NCBI RefSeq assembly: GCF_006345805.1
Contig: NC_043005.1
Location: 108,252,001 to 108,316,000, forward strand
Length of the DNA: 64,000 bases
Source of the DNA: Octopus sinensis
Lineage: Eukaryota
Direction of reading: 5' to 3'
This document shows, one piece after another, positions 50,500 to 63,052 of the stretch. A model generated the notes under the pieces. The model saw only the letters and a list, made by a program, of their open reading frames with translations, was not told the origin of the DNA and made no database searches. The translations under genes and the position numbers were made by a program. The number at the start of each line of letters is the position of its first letter. Position 1 is the first letter of the stretch.

Positions 50500-50598
50500 C
50501 GAAGCAGAATTCGCAAAGCGTTGGATTGTTCACACACTAACAGGGAACGTGAGCTGGGATTAGACCATCGTGAGACAGGTTAGTTTTATCCTACCGAT
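50110..50598 (+). pseudogene. 28S rRNA fragment (domain V, peptidyl-transferase region), decayed
   Basis: ggggagtttgattgaggtggt..ctgtcaaacggtaacgcaggtgtcc.aaggcgagctcag, gaggtgtcagaaaagttaccacag, ttgatccttcgatgtcggctcttcctatcattg, gggaacgtgagctggg.ttagacc.tcgtgagacaggttagtttta are conserved eukaryotic LSU blocks. Homology is firm from about 50173. Confidence 0.95.
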
Positions 50599-50601
50599 AA
50601 A

Positions 50602-50651
50602 AGCATGGCTGCAGTCTAATGACTGAAACAAATAAAAGAGTTAAAGAATAG
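50602..50651 (+). mobile_element. SINE family B 3' tail fused directly to the 28S fragment
   Basis: agcatggctgcagtctaatgactgaaacaaataaaagag versus the B tail agcatggctgcagtcaaatgactgaaacaagtaaaagag (47247-47285). Confidence 0.85.
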
Positions 50652-50833
50652 GTGCTGGCGTGGCTCTGTGGTAAGAAGCTTACTTCTTTTTAAACCTCAT
50701 AGTTCTGGGTTTAGTCTTACTGCATGTCACCATGGGCAAGTGTCTTCTAGTATAGCCTCAGGCCGATGAAAGTCTTGTGAGTGGATTTGGGAGACAGAAA
50801 CTAGAAGAAGACCATTATGTGTGTATGTATGTA

Positions 50834-50873
<40 letters not shown>

Positions 50874-50982
50874 TCCCCTCATCATTGCTGTTGGTATTTT
50901 TTTATGTCCTCATAACTTAATGGCTCAGCAAAAGAAACTGATATAATAAGTACTAGGTTTTAAAAAGATAAGTCCTGTGACT
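50649..50982 (+). mobile_element. SINE family B, diverged and 3'-truncated
   Basis: taggtgctggcgtggctctgtgg...catgggcaagtgtcttct...aagtactaggttttaaaaagataagtcc. Confidence 0.8.
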
Positions 50983-51189
50983 TTCAGATATAGTACATCT
51001 ATGACTACTTTCTCCAATGTGTTCCTTAGACAACATTTATAGGAGTATATTTTTATATTTGCCTTGTTTTGATGGCAGGATTTAATTTGAGGGAAACTTA
51101 TTCACAATTTCTAGCAGAGTGACAGCCCTCACGGTGTCAGCCTTATTGTCTTGACATAACATTGCAACCCATAAAAATAATTGCAAATT

Positions 51190-51355
51190 TTGGTACAAAG
51201 CCAGCAATTCTATGAGAAGAGGCTAAGTGCTGGGGTCGATTACATCAACCCCCAGTATTTGATTACATATTATTTTATTGACCCCCAAAAGGAAGAAAGG
51301 CACAGTTGAACTCAGAACATAAAGGGCCAGAAGAAATACTGTTGGACATCTTTGT
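51190..51355 (-). mobile_element. SINE family A (tail A2), degenerate
   Basis: ggtacaaagccagcaattc...gattacatcaacccccagta...gaccccaaaaggaagaaaggcacagttga. Confidence 0.55.
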
Positions 51356-51559
51356 CTGATTCTGTTTGCTCACTGCCATAGTGCAATCCTTATTAATGCA
51401 TTACCTCCATATCTTATCTGAAACTTACCAAACTGTTCAGAATGTTTGCAAGAAGCTTTCCAGGAAATTGCAGACATTGGGAAGCTCCACAAAGCTGAGA
51501 GCACTGGAAACATATTGCCAGGGTTGAAGAAAATTTGTGCAGCAAGTAGATCCTGGGAT

Positions 51560-51799
51560 ACTCTTTACTTGTTTCAGTCATTTGACTGTGGCCATGCTGG
51601 AGCACTGCCTTTAGTCGTGCAAATTGACCCCCAGGACTTATTCGTGGTAAGCCTAGTATTTATTCTATCAGTCTCTTTTGCTGAACCGTTAAGTTACGGG
51701 GACATAAGCACACCAGCATCGGTTGTCAAGCGATGTTGGGGGGACAAACAGACACACAAACATATACTCACACACATACATATATATATATATTTATAC

Positions 51800-51854
<55 letters not shown>

Positions 51855-52022
51855 TACAATGAGCTTCTTTCAATTTCCATCTACCAAATCCCCTCACAAG
51901 GCTTTGGTCAGCCCGAGGCTATAGTAGAAGACACTTACCTAAGGTGCCATGCAGAGGGACTGAACCCGGAACCATGTGGTTGGTAAGCAAGCTACTTACC
52001 ACACAGCCACTCCTACGCCTAT
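51560..52022 (-). mobile_element. SINE family B full-length, CpG-decayed
   Basis: Matches the other B copies with several CG-to-TG/CA changes. Confidence 0.9.
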
Positions 52023-52120
52023 AGGAATTTCAAAATCAGATCCCCATCATATTCGAAGGTCTGTCAATGAAAATGTTGCATTCCAAACATAGCCCATGTT
52101 CCAATGAAAATGATCCAGAC

Positions 52121-52176
52121 TGAGTGGTACTTAGTGAGTGGTACTTAGTGAGTGGTACTTAGTGAGTGGTACTTAG
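52121..52176. repeat. Perfect 14-bp tandem repeat (TGAGTGGTACTTAG)x4
   Basis: Direct inspection. Confidence 0.95.
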
Positions 52177-52390
52177 CAAGATGTGCTAAAGATGCACACT
52201 TACTAAGAAAGACCGTTTGGAATGACAAAGCTATATCTAGATTAAATGCGCATTTAACTACTACAATTGCATCTACAAGGAACCTAAGAATCTGCATATT
52301 AATTTACCAGGAGTTACAAAATATTGTTGCTTATTATAAAAGGGATTAATTGGATCATTTTTTTCTTGTGATACTGTAATTGTACTACTT

Positions 52391-52653
52391 AAATAAATAA
52401 ATAAATGTGCCCTTTTAAAGCCTAGCCAGTCTCATGGGCCTGGTTTCATGGCTTCAATGGCATATGTGTTCCCCAGCTGGACGGGACGCCTGTCCATCGC
52501 AGCGGTACTCATTTTTGCCAACTGAGTGGACTGGAGCAGTGTGAAATGAAGTATTTTGCTCAAGAACACAACGCGTCGCCCGGTCCAAGAATCAAAACCA
52601 CAATCTTACGATCATGATGCTGATACCCTAACCACTAAGCCATGCGCCTCCAC
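52391..52653 (-). mobile_element. SINE family D full-length
   Basis: Reverse complement of 40017-40278. Confidence 0.85.
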
Positions 52654-53259
52654 AAATTGTACCATTTACTTGAACTTAATGTGACAATCTATCCAGTGAT
52701 ATGAGGCATTCCCATGAAGAGAGTTTGGAGTTTGCCTAATAGAATATTCTTTGTTCATTGGGTTTAACATCACTAGACATTTCTTATGAGGATGCTTAAA
52801 AGTAAAATTTTCAGTGTTGACAACAGTTGACAAATTGAGGGCAGCCATTGAATAAGAAAACACACAATTACTGAATAAAATATTTCCTGGTGTTTGCAGT
52901 TCCATTGTTTCACATTATCAGCAGTGCATGGAACATCATGTTCATTCGTCTGGAACAGATTTTCATAAAATATTGAATTCTATCACAAGAATTTTTTTTT
53001 TTTAGATTATGAAAAGGAAATATATTTTAATGAACACTGACTTTATAATCATTCAATGAGTGTAAACATTTTTGGGGAAGACATGGTATATACATATACG
53101 TATGTATTTAATCGTACAACAATCGTAGCTGGTGGACAAGAGTTCATTGTCTTTGTATTAAGGATTTTATAATGGTCAAACGATTTCACTCATGCCGGAC
53201 TATGAAGATTCCAATCATATAAAAGCAGGCCCAAAACATAGTCCCACAGATGCACACAA

Positions 53260-53354
53260 ACACACACACACACAAACACACACACACACGCTCACACACA
53301 TACATGTATGTGTATATATAAATTATATTTCTTAGTATATACATGCATACATAC

Positions 53355-53402
<48 letters not shown>

Positions 53403-53520
53403 TATATATGAATATATGTATGTATATATGTATATATATACATATATATATATATACATATATTCCTATGTATATATATATATATATATGTATGTATATA
53501 TCTATATATATATTAATCTA
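53260..53520. repeat. (CA)n/(TA)n
   Basis: Direct inspection. Confidence 0.9.
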
Positions 53521-54519
53521 TTTATTCATTTATCTATATTTATATACCCTTGATTCAATAATTCAATGATGAAGCATTTCCTATTTCATTCGTTTATTTA
53601 TTTGTTTTCATTTTACGTGTTTCCTCTTCCTTCTCCTCCTCCACCAACACTGACACCCAGCCCCATCACCATCACCATCATCAACAACAACAACAACAAC
53701 AACAGAATAGCAACACCGACAACACCTCCTGCCCATCAGTTTACAAATCTACAGCATTGGTTGTATGGCAATTGAGTTAATTAGATCTTTCAAATGAAAC
53801 TTAAAAGATTTATCACTTTTACATTTTACAAAAGAAAACGGATATTTACACTTTTGTAGAAATATTTACATAAGATGAATTGGATTATCAAAAGATAAGA
53901 CTCCAATACAATCTTTGATTAAGACAAATATTGACAATGACTTTTGCTTCTTTCACTGAACAGAATAATCTATCAGTTTAGATTTTTATGTATTCTTCAA
54001 TTTGAAAAGGAAAAATGGAAGACGAACGAAAAATTTACTTTAAAGAGAAATTTGGTTCAAAGGAAATTTAATCACAAGTAACAAATTTTACAAACAAGCA
54101 AGCAAATAGGAAATCATGAAAATATGACAAAATAAAATTTAAAAACATGTTAAAAATAACACACAACACCAAAATCAATTTTAAACTATAGAAATAGAGA
54201 TTGTTTAATTAAAAACAAACCACGATGTTCTGGCATTCATTAACACTATTGTTAATGGCTTTCTGTTGTGTTTCGTTTTGTTTTCTTTACATTTCCATTC
54301 TGTTTTCTGAGTGACAGCAGTTTGGCCAATTGGATGCGGTAGATGGCGGCTCCAGTTCATTACAAGTCAGGAGGTCAAATTTGATGATGATGGTAATGAT
54401 GATGATGATGATGATGGTAGTGGTGGTGTTGGTGTTGGTGGTGGTGGTGGTGATGTTAACTATAGCCACCATTATCGCCACAAATTTGGAGAAAAAAAGA
54501 AAAAGAATTTCAGACCTTG

Positions 54520-54720
54520 AGTCTGTGTTTGTCCCCCTCCACCGCTTGGCTGTCAGAATTGTTGTGTCTACATTCTCATTACTTAGTGGTTCAGCAAACA
54601 AGACTGTTACAACTAGTACCTGGCATTAGAAAACAATAAGTTCAGGGGTCGATTCTGTCAAATTCCTTCTTTGTGAGGTATCGTGGTGCCCCAGCATGTC
54701 TGCATGATGGAAACAAGAAA
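54520..54720 (+). mobile_element. SINE family B 3' half, degenerate
   Basis: gtgtttgtccccctccaccgcttggctgtc...tacttagtggttcagcaaac...ccccagcatg. Confidence 0.6.
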
Positions 54721-55059
54721 AAACAAGAAAAAAAAATCAAATGTGAGAGCCTCTTCTTGCTTATTTAATGTGACAAAAATAGCTGCCATGTGTACCACCC
54801 CCGTCTCAAATAAAACTTTACCATTTCAAATAATCAAGGCTACAAGGAAAATGTAGTGCTTGATATACAGATTAGATGGCCATGATTGGAAAGTCTCCGG
54901 TCATAGGTCTGCTGCATCAGGGATAATATACAGATTAGATGATATATATAATACAGATTAATAATAACAAAAGGGTGAAATCAATTAATTACGAGGCAAT
55001 CATTAATTTCACCAAGTAGAATTCAGCATGTAAGGGACCAATTCATGGTAAGTTAAGTA

Positions 55060-55305
55060 ATACTAAATAATTAGGGATTAGCAAACGATTTGCTTCACTA
55101 CATACTGAAATTTAGAAATAGCAGTCAAAATCTTGGCTATTCTTTCTACTTTAAAGGGAGGTCCCAGAGGAACCGAAGCACTCAAAAGCAAACCACGCAG
55201 GTAGAAGGGAAAAAAGTAGAAAGAATAGCCAAGATTTTGACTGCTATTTCTAAATTTCAGTATGTAGTGAAGCAAATCGTTTGCTGATCCCTAATTATTT
55301 AGTAT
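55060..55305. repeat. Inverted repeat: 93-bp arms (1 mismatch) around a 60-bp spacer, MITE-like
   Basis: atactaaataattagggattagc...ctttctacttt (55060-55152) and aaagtagaaag...gatccctaattatttagtat (55213-55305). Confidence 0.9.
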
Positions 55306-56472
55306 AATACAGATTAGATGATACAATACAGGCATGATATACAGATTAGATGGCCATGACTGGAAAGTCTCTGATCATAGGTCTGCTCCATAAGAGATGA
55401 TATAATGATAAACAACCACAGTAGCTGTGATTTCTAATATTATATGATATGAAAAGACCATTCAGCTTATTTAGGGCTGGATTAAAACTTATTGAGGCCC
55501 TAAGCACTTAAAAAGATTTTGGAGTTTCCATTTATATCTAATTCAAAATATAAATGATAATAAACCATAAAATAAATTTTTATTTTCAAAACAAAACAGA
55601 ATTGTAAAATGGTAAAAAGCATTTATTTTTGCATACTTCCTCTTTATTTATACAGGTCATTGTTGACTTATGACCACCATTGGTTCTAACTGACTGGTCA
55701 TAAGTCAATTTGGTCATAAGTTGGCATTTTGACTGGTACCCAAATTGAAAGCTATAGATCACTTTGTGGTAAAAGGATAGAGAAAAAGGAATAGCATTAA
55801 GGCCACAAAACCTCTATATACACATGTGTATTTCAGATAGCAATGTGGGGAACAATAACTACTAACTACATGGTTATAGAATAATAGATGATAGACTTAG
55901 GAATAATTGACAAAAGACTTAAATGCAGTATAATGAAATTGTAACAAAAGAACAGAAAGAGCATATCAACATTAAGCAAAGTACTCGGGAAACATAGATT
56001 TAAGGCCATTAAGTGAATGTTGTGAAGGGAGACAGTTGAAAGGATCTTTATTCCTGACTTCAACTACTTTGGAGAGAAAATGTTTTGCACATGGTGCATG
56101 CAATTTCTTTAAGAGACATTCTTAAAACAAGGCCTTGCTAAAATTGACAAACTAAGTTCTATGAGAAATTCCATGACTATCGAAAACAAGGGATAATGCA
56201 CACCTGAACATCTTCTATGAAAGGAAAGGTGAGACTTGCATCATTGCACTGATGTTAGAGTTATTTGAGCAAAGAAAAAGGATCATCATCATTTAAGTTG
56301 CACATTCAATACTGCAAGAGTGGATAATGCATGTGTAAGGAACACTCCCAAATTATTTTGGAAGAGATTTTCATACCTATAGGGCAATTAACCTGCATGA
56401 TTATACACAACTTAAGCTGTTACATCCCAAATATCTGTCATACGTCTGTTATGCTTGCACTTGGTAAAATAT

Positions 56473-56701
56473 TTAACCCATTTGATACCAACCCAGCTGA
56501 AACCGCTTCTGGCTTTGTAGTACAAATGTCTTGTTTTCATAAGTTTAGAATTAAAATCTTCCACTAAACCTTAGTCACAATTTATGTTCCTAACACCAGC
56601 TTAATGATAACCAAGTTATTTTACTGAATTCTTTGTTATATTTAAAGTAATTGAAACAAACACAGAGCAATTCAAAATAAATACGGTAACAAAAGGGTTA
56701 A
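56473..56701. mobile_element. TTAA-MITE (piggyBac-like termini)
   Basis: TTAACCCATTTGATACC ... GGTAACAAAAGGGTTAA. Confidence 0.8.
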
Positions 56702-57261
56702 TGGGAGTGTTCCATCAGAACTTCTGTCAAGGTTTGTGTTGATGTAGAATGATCCCTGGATAGTCTTTTCTACTGAGAGTATTATGTTATGTTTTGCACC
56801 AACATCTCATGTCATAGAAGAAGAGACTACCTTGATGATATTTTCTAGTAATTATTGATTACATGTATTATGTCCTCCACAGAAGACTCATTACATCCTG
56901 AGGTTAATTAGTGTTTTACTGGATCATTTAGTCCTACAGTAATTAAAATCTGTCTTCTGCTTTTGAGTCGCAAAAACGTGAGCTTCGAGATGTGACATGA
57001 TGCAACAGTCATCCATCCAAGAGAAGTTAGACTTCATGCTAATATTGTGATTTTTTAATGTTTTTGAGAAGCATAGCCATGCATGACATTTTTGTAGAAT
57101 TCAGTGTTTCTCCACCAGGTTTTTGCTAAGATATGCAACCCCTGCACTTGTATGTATGTGAATCTGTGTGCATGTGTACACATGCCTATATTAGATGTAT
57201 GTGTATTCTCCTCTACGTCAAATAGTTGTCAGTTATCTATCTACACACAAATCACTATTAT

Positions 57262-57540
57262 CATCATAACCACTTAGCATCTGTTCTCTGTGCTGGCATA
57301 AATTTGATGGTTCAACTGGAGCTGGCCACCTGGAGAGCTACCTGCACCCCAATTGTCTGTTTTAGCATAGTTTCTATGGCTAGGTGCCCTTCCTAATGCC
57401 AACCACTTTACAGAAAGCACTATGTGTGTTTTAACTTGTCCCTGACACAAGCAGATTTATGTGGGACAGGCAGGGGTGCTTTAAGTGGCACCCATAAGTG
57501 ACACTTTTACATGGCACCAGCACAGGTGTTTTTATGCATC
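57262..57540 (-). mobile_element. Family E, degenerate
   Basis: atggctaggtgcccttcctaatgccaaccac...gtgcttttaagtggcacc. Confidence 0.6.
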
Positions 57541-57557
57541 ACTTTTGCATGGCACAA

Positions 57558-57600
<43 letters not shown>

Positions 57601-57634
57601 GTGTGTGTGTGTGTGTGTGCATGTGTTTGTGTGT

Positions 57635-57945
57635 GTAGGTGCAATGGCCCAATGGTTAGGGCAGCAGACTCATGGTCGTAGGATCATGGTTTTGATTTCC
57701 AGACCAGGCATTGTGAGTGATTATTGAGCGAAAATACCTAAAGCTCCACGAGGTTCCAGCAGGGGGTGGTGGCGATCCCTGTAGTACTCTTTTGCCACAA
57801 CTTTCTCTCACTCTTTCTTTTGTTGGTCTGCTCACTTAGCCAGCGGGGTGGCATCATTTGAAGGCTAAAACAATGTGAAGCACATTGTGACCAGCGATCT
57901 GTAGCAACTTCTGATAGCCTGGTCAGGCACGGTGATCGGTGGTGC
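57635..57945 (+). mobile_element. SINE family C head with tail type C3
   Basis: taggtgcaatggcccaatggttagggcagcagactc...gagcgaaatacctaaagctccacgagg, then cacttagccagcggggtggc...gaccagcgat. Confidence 0.8.
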
Positions 57946-58228
57946 ATAAAAAGCACCATCCGATCGTGGCCATTGCCAGCCTTGCCTGGCCCCCGTGCCA
58001 GTGGCACGTAAAAAGCACCATCCGTCCATGGCCGTTTGCCAGCTTCGTCTGGCTCCTGTGCAGGTGACAAGTAAAAAGCACCCACTACACTCACGGAGTG
58101 GTTGGCATTAGGAAGGGCATCCAGCTGTAGAAACACTGCCAGATCAGACTGGGCCTGATGCAGCCTTCTGGCTTCACAGACCCCAGTTGAACTGTCCAAC
58201 CCATGCTAGCATGGAAAGCGGATGCTAA

Positions 58229-58263
<35 letters not shown>
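57945..58263 (+). mobile_element. Family E copy with tandem taaaaagcacc sub-repeats and (GAT)n tail
   Basis: Three aaaaagcacc units. ccatgctagcatggaaagcggatgctaaa(tga)n. Confidence 0.85.
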
Positions 58264-58619
58264 ATATATATATATATATATGCATATATAGTTATATAAA
58301 CATTTACATTTAATAATGTAAGAACATATGAACTAGTTCCATTTAGGTAACTATAGGTGTAGAAAATACATTTTCCCATGTATATAACCATATATGCACT
58401 GTCTTGTGTGAATGTGAATACTATTAATACATATGTAAAGTTATAGGTATATGCACTCACATACATGAGATAATCGACAGAAGAATACGTGTACATACAC
58501 ACTCATATATAGGACTGTTTTCTTGATAATGTTTTCTTTGTTGACTCCAACTAGATTTACCTCCCTTTGAAGTCTTTACCAGGAGACATTGTTATGGTTA
58601 AGAAAGTTCCAAACTAAAG

Positions 58620-58661
58620 AGAGATTAGAAGTTAGAGCCATATTTATGCCACACACATACA

Positions 58662-58729
<68 letters not shown>

Positions 58730-58743
58730 ATATACATACATAT

Positions 58744-58775
<32 letters not shown>

Positions 58776-58862
58776 GTTGTGAATATGCATTGCATATACA
58801 CACACATCACATATTATATATATATGTATATATATGTATATATATATATATATATATATCTT
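58620..58862. repeat. (TA)n/(CATA)n
   Basis: Direct inspection. Confidence 0.9.
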
Positions 58863-59464
58863 AAGTAAAATTATATAAATGAATAAATAAATAACTAAAT
58901 TAATAACTTAATTAAAAATAGGTAAATATACAAATGAATTTTGGAACTAAATTGCAGCAAAGAGAAAAGAAAATGTAAATAAACAACTAGACGAATAAAT
59001 AAATACGTGAAAATCACCACCACGAACAACAACAACAACAACAAAAATCGTAAAATATATGAAACAAAACAAAGAAAAAAAATGCAAAATGACATCAAAA
59101 ACAACCAAAAAATACACCCTCATCATTGAACCACAGAATGTACTAACGATGCATATTTTTCTCATGTGATGTATGTAGAAGGAGGAAATTATAGACTGCA
59201 TATACCATGCTTTGAACTTGCTATAATGCCACCATGACTACCACACTGATTCCTAGCCCCCTCGGGGGGAACTAACTTTTCTCATAATTTTTCTAAACTT
59301 TTTTTTTTTTGCATATTTATATATTCGTATTTCTATTACCTTTTTTTTTTTCCTTTTTAAATTCTCTCTTGTTTTCATTTCTCATTTTGTGATTTTTCAT
59401 TCTTGTCCAATTCTTTTGCAAATGTACACCTTCTACCTTTTATCTCTACACTCTTTCTAATTAC

Positions 59465-59755
59465 TGTGCTATTATTATTATTATTATTATTATTATATTA
59501 TTATTATTATATTATTATTATTATCATCATCATCATTATTTATCATGCACAGCAGTAGCATCATATCCCTCATCATTATTGTCTTCATTCCTCTTCATTT
59601 GTTAACATATGCTGTTATTATTATTATTATTATTATTGTTATTATTATCATTATTATTATTATTATTATTATCAGTATGATATGTCATCACCATTATCAT
59701 CAGCAGCATCAACGGTAATAACATCACCATCATGATCATTGTCATTATTATTTAA
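59465..59755. repeat. (TTA)n/(TCA)n
   Basis: Direct inspection. Confidence 0.85.
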
Positions 59756-60819
59756 TTGGTGGTGTTACCTTTTTCAGCACACATAATGATTATAATGGCA
59801 CCCCAATTACCAGAGGATTTTTACAACAAACTGTCCTTTTCAGTTGTTCATTTGTTTAAACTTGTTCTTTCTCCCTGTGCACACACACACAGACACACAC
59901 ACACACAGAGGATACTCATATGTATACATACATACATATATATGCATGTATAAGTATAAATATATATGTATGTGTATCATATATAAATTTATATATGTAC
60001 ATATATATATAGATATATTTATAAGTCTGTATATATATAAGTACAACAGTGTGTGTGTGTGTATGTATATATATGTGTGTATGGGTTTGTTCTTTATATG
60101 AGCCTGTGATATCTTACATATGATGTTTTGGCACAAGTTTTACTTATTTTCTTTGAATAATGAAGGGAATAATGAGCACCACTGTAGACATGGCAGTAGT
60201 AGTGGCAGTAGTAATAGTAAAAAGCAGACAGTGATGATGATGATGATGATGATGATGATGACGACGACGATGAGGATGATGATGATGGTGCAGATGCCTG
60301 AGATGATGATGATAGTGTTATTGTCAAGGAAAGAATTCTGACTGATGCTGAATCAAACAGTAAGGACCTTGATAGATCTAGCTACAAAATTGCAAAGTTC
60401 CCTCTCCCCTCCAATACCCTCACACAACAACAACAACAGCAACTGCAGCTACATCTGCAGCAACAACAACTGCAACAATAGGGTTCAACTACAACATAAA
60501 TGATATAAAATAAAATAAATATATATGCCAAAAATGATTTTTGGAAGAAGAAAGTTAAAGACCAAAGACATCAAATCAAAGAAAACAGTAAAAATTCTAT
60601 AAAGTTTTCTACACTTTTGTAAAAAGCCACACTGGAATTTCTTTGGACTCTTCATTTAGTTGTTCTTCCACTGAAATTTTATTTGGATAATTGTTGTTCA
60701 ACAATTGTTCATTAGTTGGCTGGTGTCATTCACATCTTTCATCACGGCGCTGTTGGTTTTAGTGACATCTTAAATTTTTTTCTGTCGCATATTGGTCAAT
60801 CAGTCAAGTTACTTAATAA

Positions 60820-60868
60820 ATCTATCTATCTATCTATCTATCTATCTCTATCTATCTATCTATCTATC

Positions 60869-60930
<62 letters not shown>
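60820..60930. repeat. (TATC)n
   Basis: Direct inspection. Confidence 0.95.
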
Positions 60931-61192
60931 GAAATACCTAATCAACTTACTGACTATCTACATATCTATCTGTCTATCTATTTTTCTGCCTGTCTATTTT
61001 GTTAGCATGCTAAACTTATACATATAACCATTTATATTTCTCTCTGCTTGTGTCTCTATACACACACACACACACCACACACACACACATAGTCATACAC
61101 TTATATATTAAAGCTGTTCATCATGGTTTCAATCTATGATGGAAGATAAATTTTGCCATGTTTTTACGCTTAGCATATCGGTAGTATATATT

Positions 61193-61433
61193 TGTTTCTT
61201 TGCTACCCACAAGGGGCTAAACACAGAGGGGACAAACAAGGACAGACAAACGGATTAAGTCAATTACATCGACCCCAGTGCGTAACTGGTACTTAATTTA
61301 TCGACCCCGAAAGGATGAAAGGCAAAGTCGACCTCGGCGGAATTTGAACTCAGAATGTAACGGCAGACGAAATACGGCTACGCATTTCGCCCAGCACGCT
61401 AACGTTTCTGCCAGCTCGACGCCTTTTCGGTAT
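61193..61433 (-). mobile_element. SINE family A full-length with 18-bp TSD
   Basis: TSD atatcggtagtatatatt at 61175-61192 and 61434-61451. Confidence 0.9.
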
Positions 61434-61745
61434 ATATCGGTAGTATATATTGTTATACCTTCATTCTGTGTAGAATGGTTTTCCCATTAACAAGCTTCTG
61501 ATATTAAATAAAGAGTTAAGCACTAATGGTATGCAAATTAGTCGCTCCAATTTTCTGAAGTTACTGGATTTGATGAGTATATAATTATATAAAAGGATTG
61601 CCTGCTTGTTTTCCTGGGATTGGTTGAGCTAAGTAGCTGAAGTGATCTTAAGGGTCAAAAATTAATTAAGGCTATTCACCATACTTGGAATCAACAGAGA
61701 AATAAGCAAATTTACCAGGTTTGAATGTCTACTTCATACATTTAC

Positions 61746-62410
61746 TCATCATCATCGCTGAACGTCCGTTTTCGAAACTAGCATGGGTTGGATGGTTCGA
61801 CTGGGGCCTGGGAAGCCAGGAGGCTGCACCAGGCTCCAGGCAGTGTTTCTACAGCTGGATGCCCTTCCTAACACCAACTGCTCCTTAAGTGTATTGGGTG
61901 CTTTTTACGTGCCACCTGCTCAGGGGCCAGAGGAGGCTGGCAATGGCCACGATCAGTTGGTGCTTTTAATGTGCCACTGGCATAGGAGCTTGTCAAGGTG
62001 GTGCTGACGTTGGTCATGTTTGGATGGTGCTTCTTATGTGCCACCGGCACAGGTATCACAACTACAATTTCCATTTGATTTTCATTTTAATGTTGATGTA
62101 CTTGACACAATAGGTCTCCTCAAACACAGCAGGTCACCCTATGATCCAAGGTATTTTTGAATGGGCAGGGGCTGGTTATGCGAAACTGGTGTAGGATACA
62201 TCCATGAACTCACTTTATTTTCTGGGTCTTCTCAGTCACAGCATATCTCCAGAGGTCTTTGTCTTTCGTCATTGCCTCTGTGAGGCCCAACATTCAAAGG
62301 TCATGCTTCACCTCATTCCATGTCTTCCTGGGGCTACCTCTACCCCGGATTCCTTCTACTGTTTGAGAGTGGCACTTTTTCACACATCTCTCCTTATCCA
62401 TATGTGTATA
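61746..62410 (-). mobile_element. RTE-clade LINE 3' end: ORF C-terminus plus family E-type 3'UTR and (GAT)n tail
   Basis: Minus strand: HMDKERCVKKCHSQTVEGIRGRGSPRKTWNEVKHDL*MLGLTEAMTKDKDLWRYAVTEKTQ (RTE G.R.RGRP..TW motif), contiguous with a family E body at 61746-62060. Confidence 0.8.
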
Positions 62411-62819
62411 TGTATATATTGAAGGTATACATATGCATGTATGTGTGATTGCTACCAAGCCAATCTTTCCTCCTCATCACTTTACATCCTCCTCCCTCTG
62501 TTTGTATCCTTACACTCACCCCTCCTTCACAACTCCCATCTCTTCATCGCTCATGATGCCCCATCCTGCATCTAATTCCCTATGATTATTCTGCTGTACT
62601 ATATCCCCGCTCACTCTCTCTTGCTTCACCTCAAACACCTCCTCTTGGTTTTATCTCACTACTTTTCTTACACTCTAGTGTACCCTCAAGCCATTCTTTC
62701 TTTCAGTTTACCTGTTGCATTCCTTTCTCTCCCCATCTGCTCTCCACTGCTCCTCCCCATCTACAATCCTTTCCTAGCATTCAACCTCTGCCCTCCACGT
62801 TCTCCTTAGCTCTCTAATA

Positions 62820-63052
62820 CCTATTTCTTTATTACCCACAAGGGGCTAAACACAGAGGGGACAAACAAGGACAGACAAACGAATTAAGTCGATTACATTG
62901 ACCCCAGTGTGTAACTGGTACTTAATTTATCGACCCCGAAAGGATGAAAGGCAAAGTCGACCTCGGCGGAATTTCAACTCAGAACGTAACGGCAGACAAA
63001 ATACCGCTAAGCATTTCGCCCGGAGTGCTAACGTTTCTGCCAGCTCACCGCC
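62820..63052 (-). mobile_element. SINE family A full-length (tail A1)
   Basis: atacctatttctttattacccacaagggg ... ccagctcaccgcc. Confidence 0.9.

Noticed and set aside
50110-50598. Functional rDNA unit or R2 target site
   Set aside because: Only about 0.5 kb of 28S, mutated at conserved positions, with no 18S, 5.8S or ITS. The R2 insertion-site sequence and the sarcin-ricin loop are not included.
51426-51545. Open frames on both strands, with a minus-strand GTAAGT donor
   Set aside because: Several frames are equally open, no acceptor or homology discriminates them, and the segment abuts a SINE.
55078-55287. Two mirror ORFs starting MLHYILKFRNSSQ
   Set aside because: Artefact of the inverted repeat.
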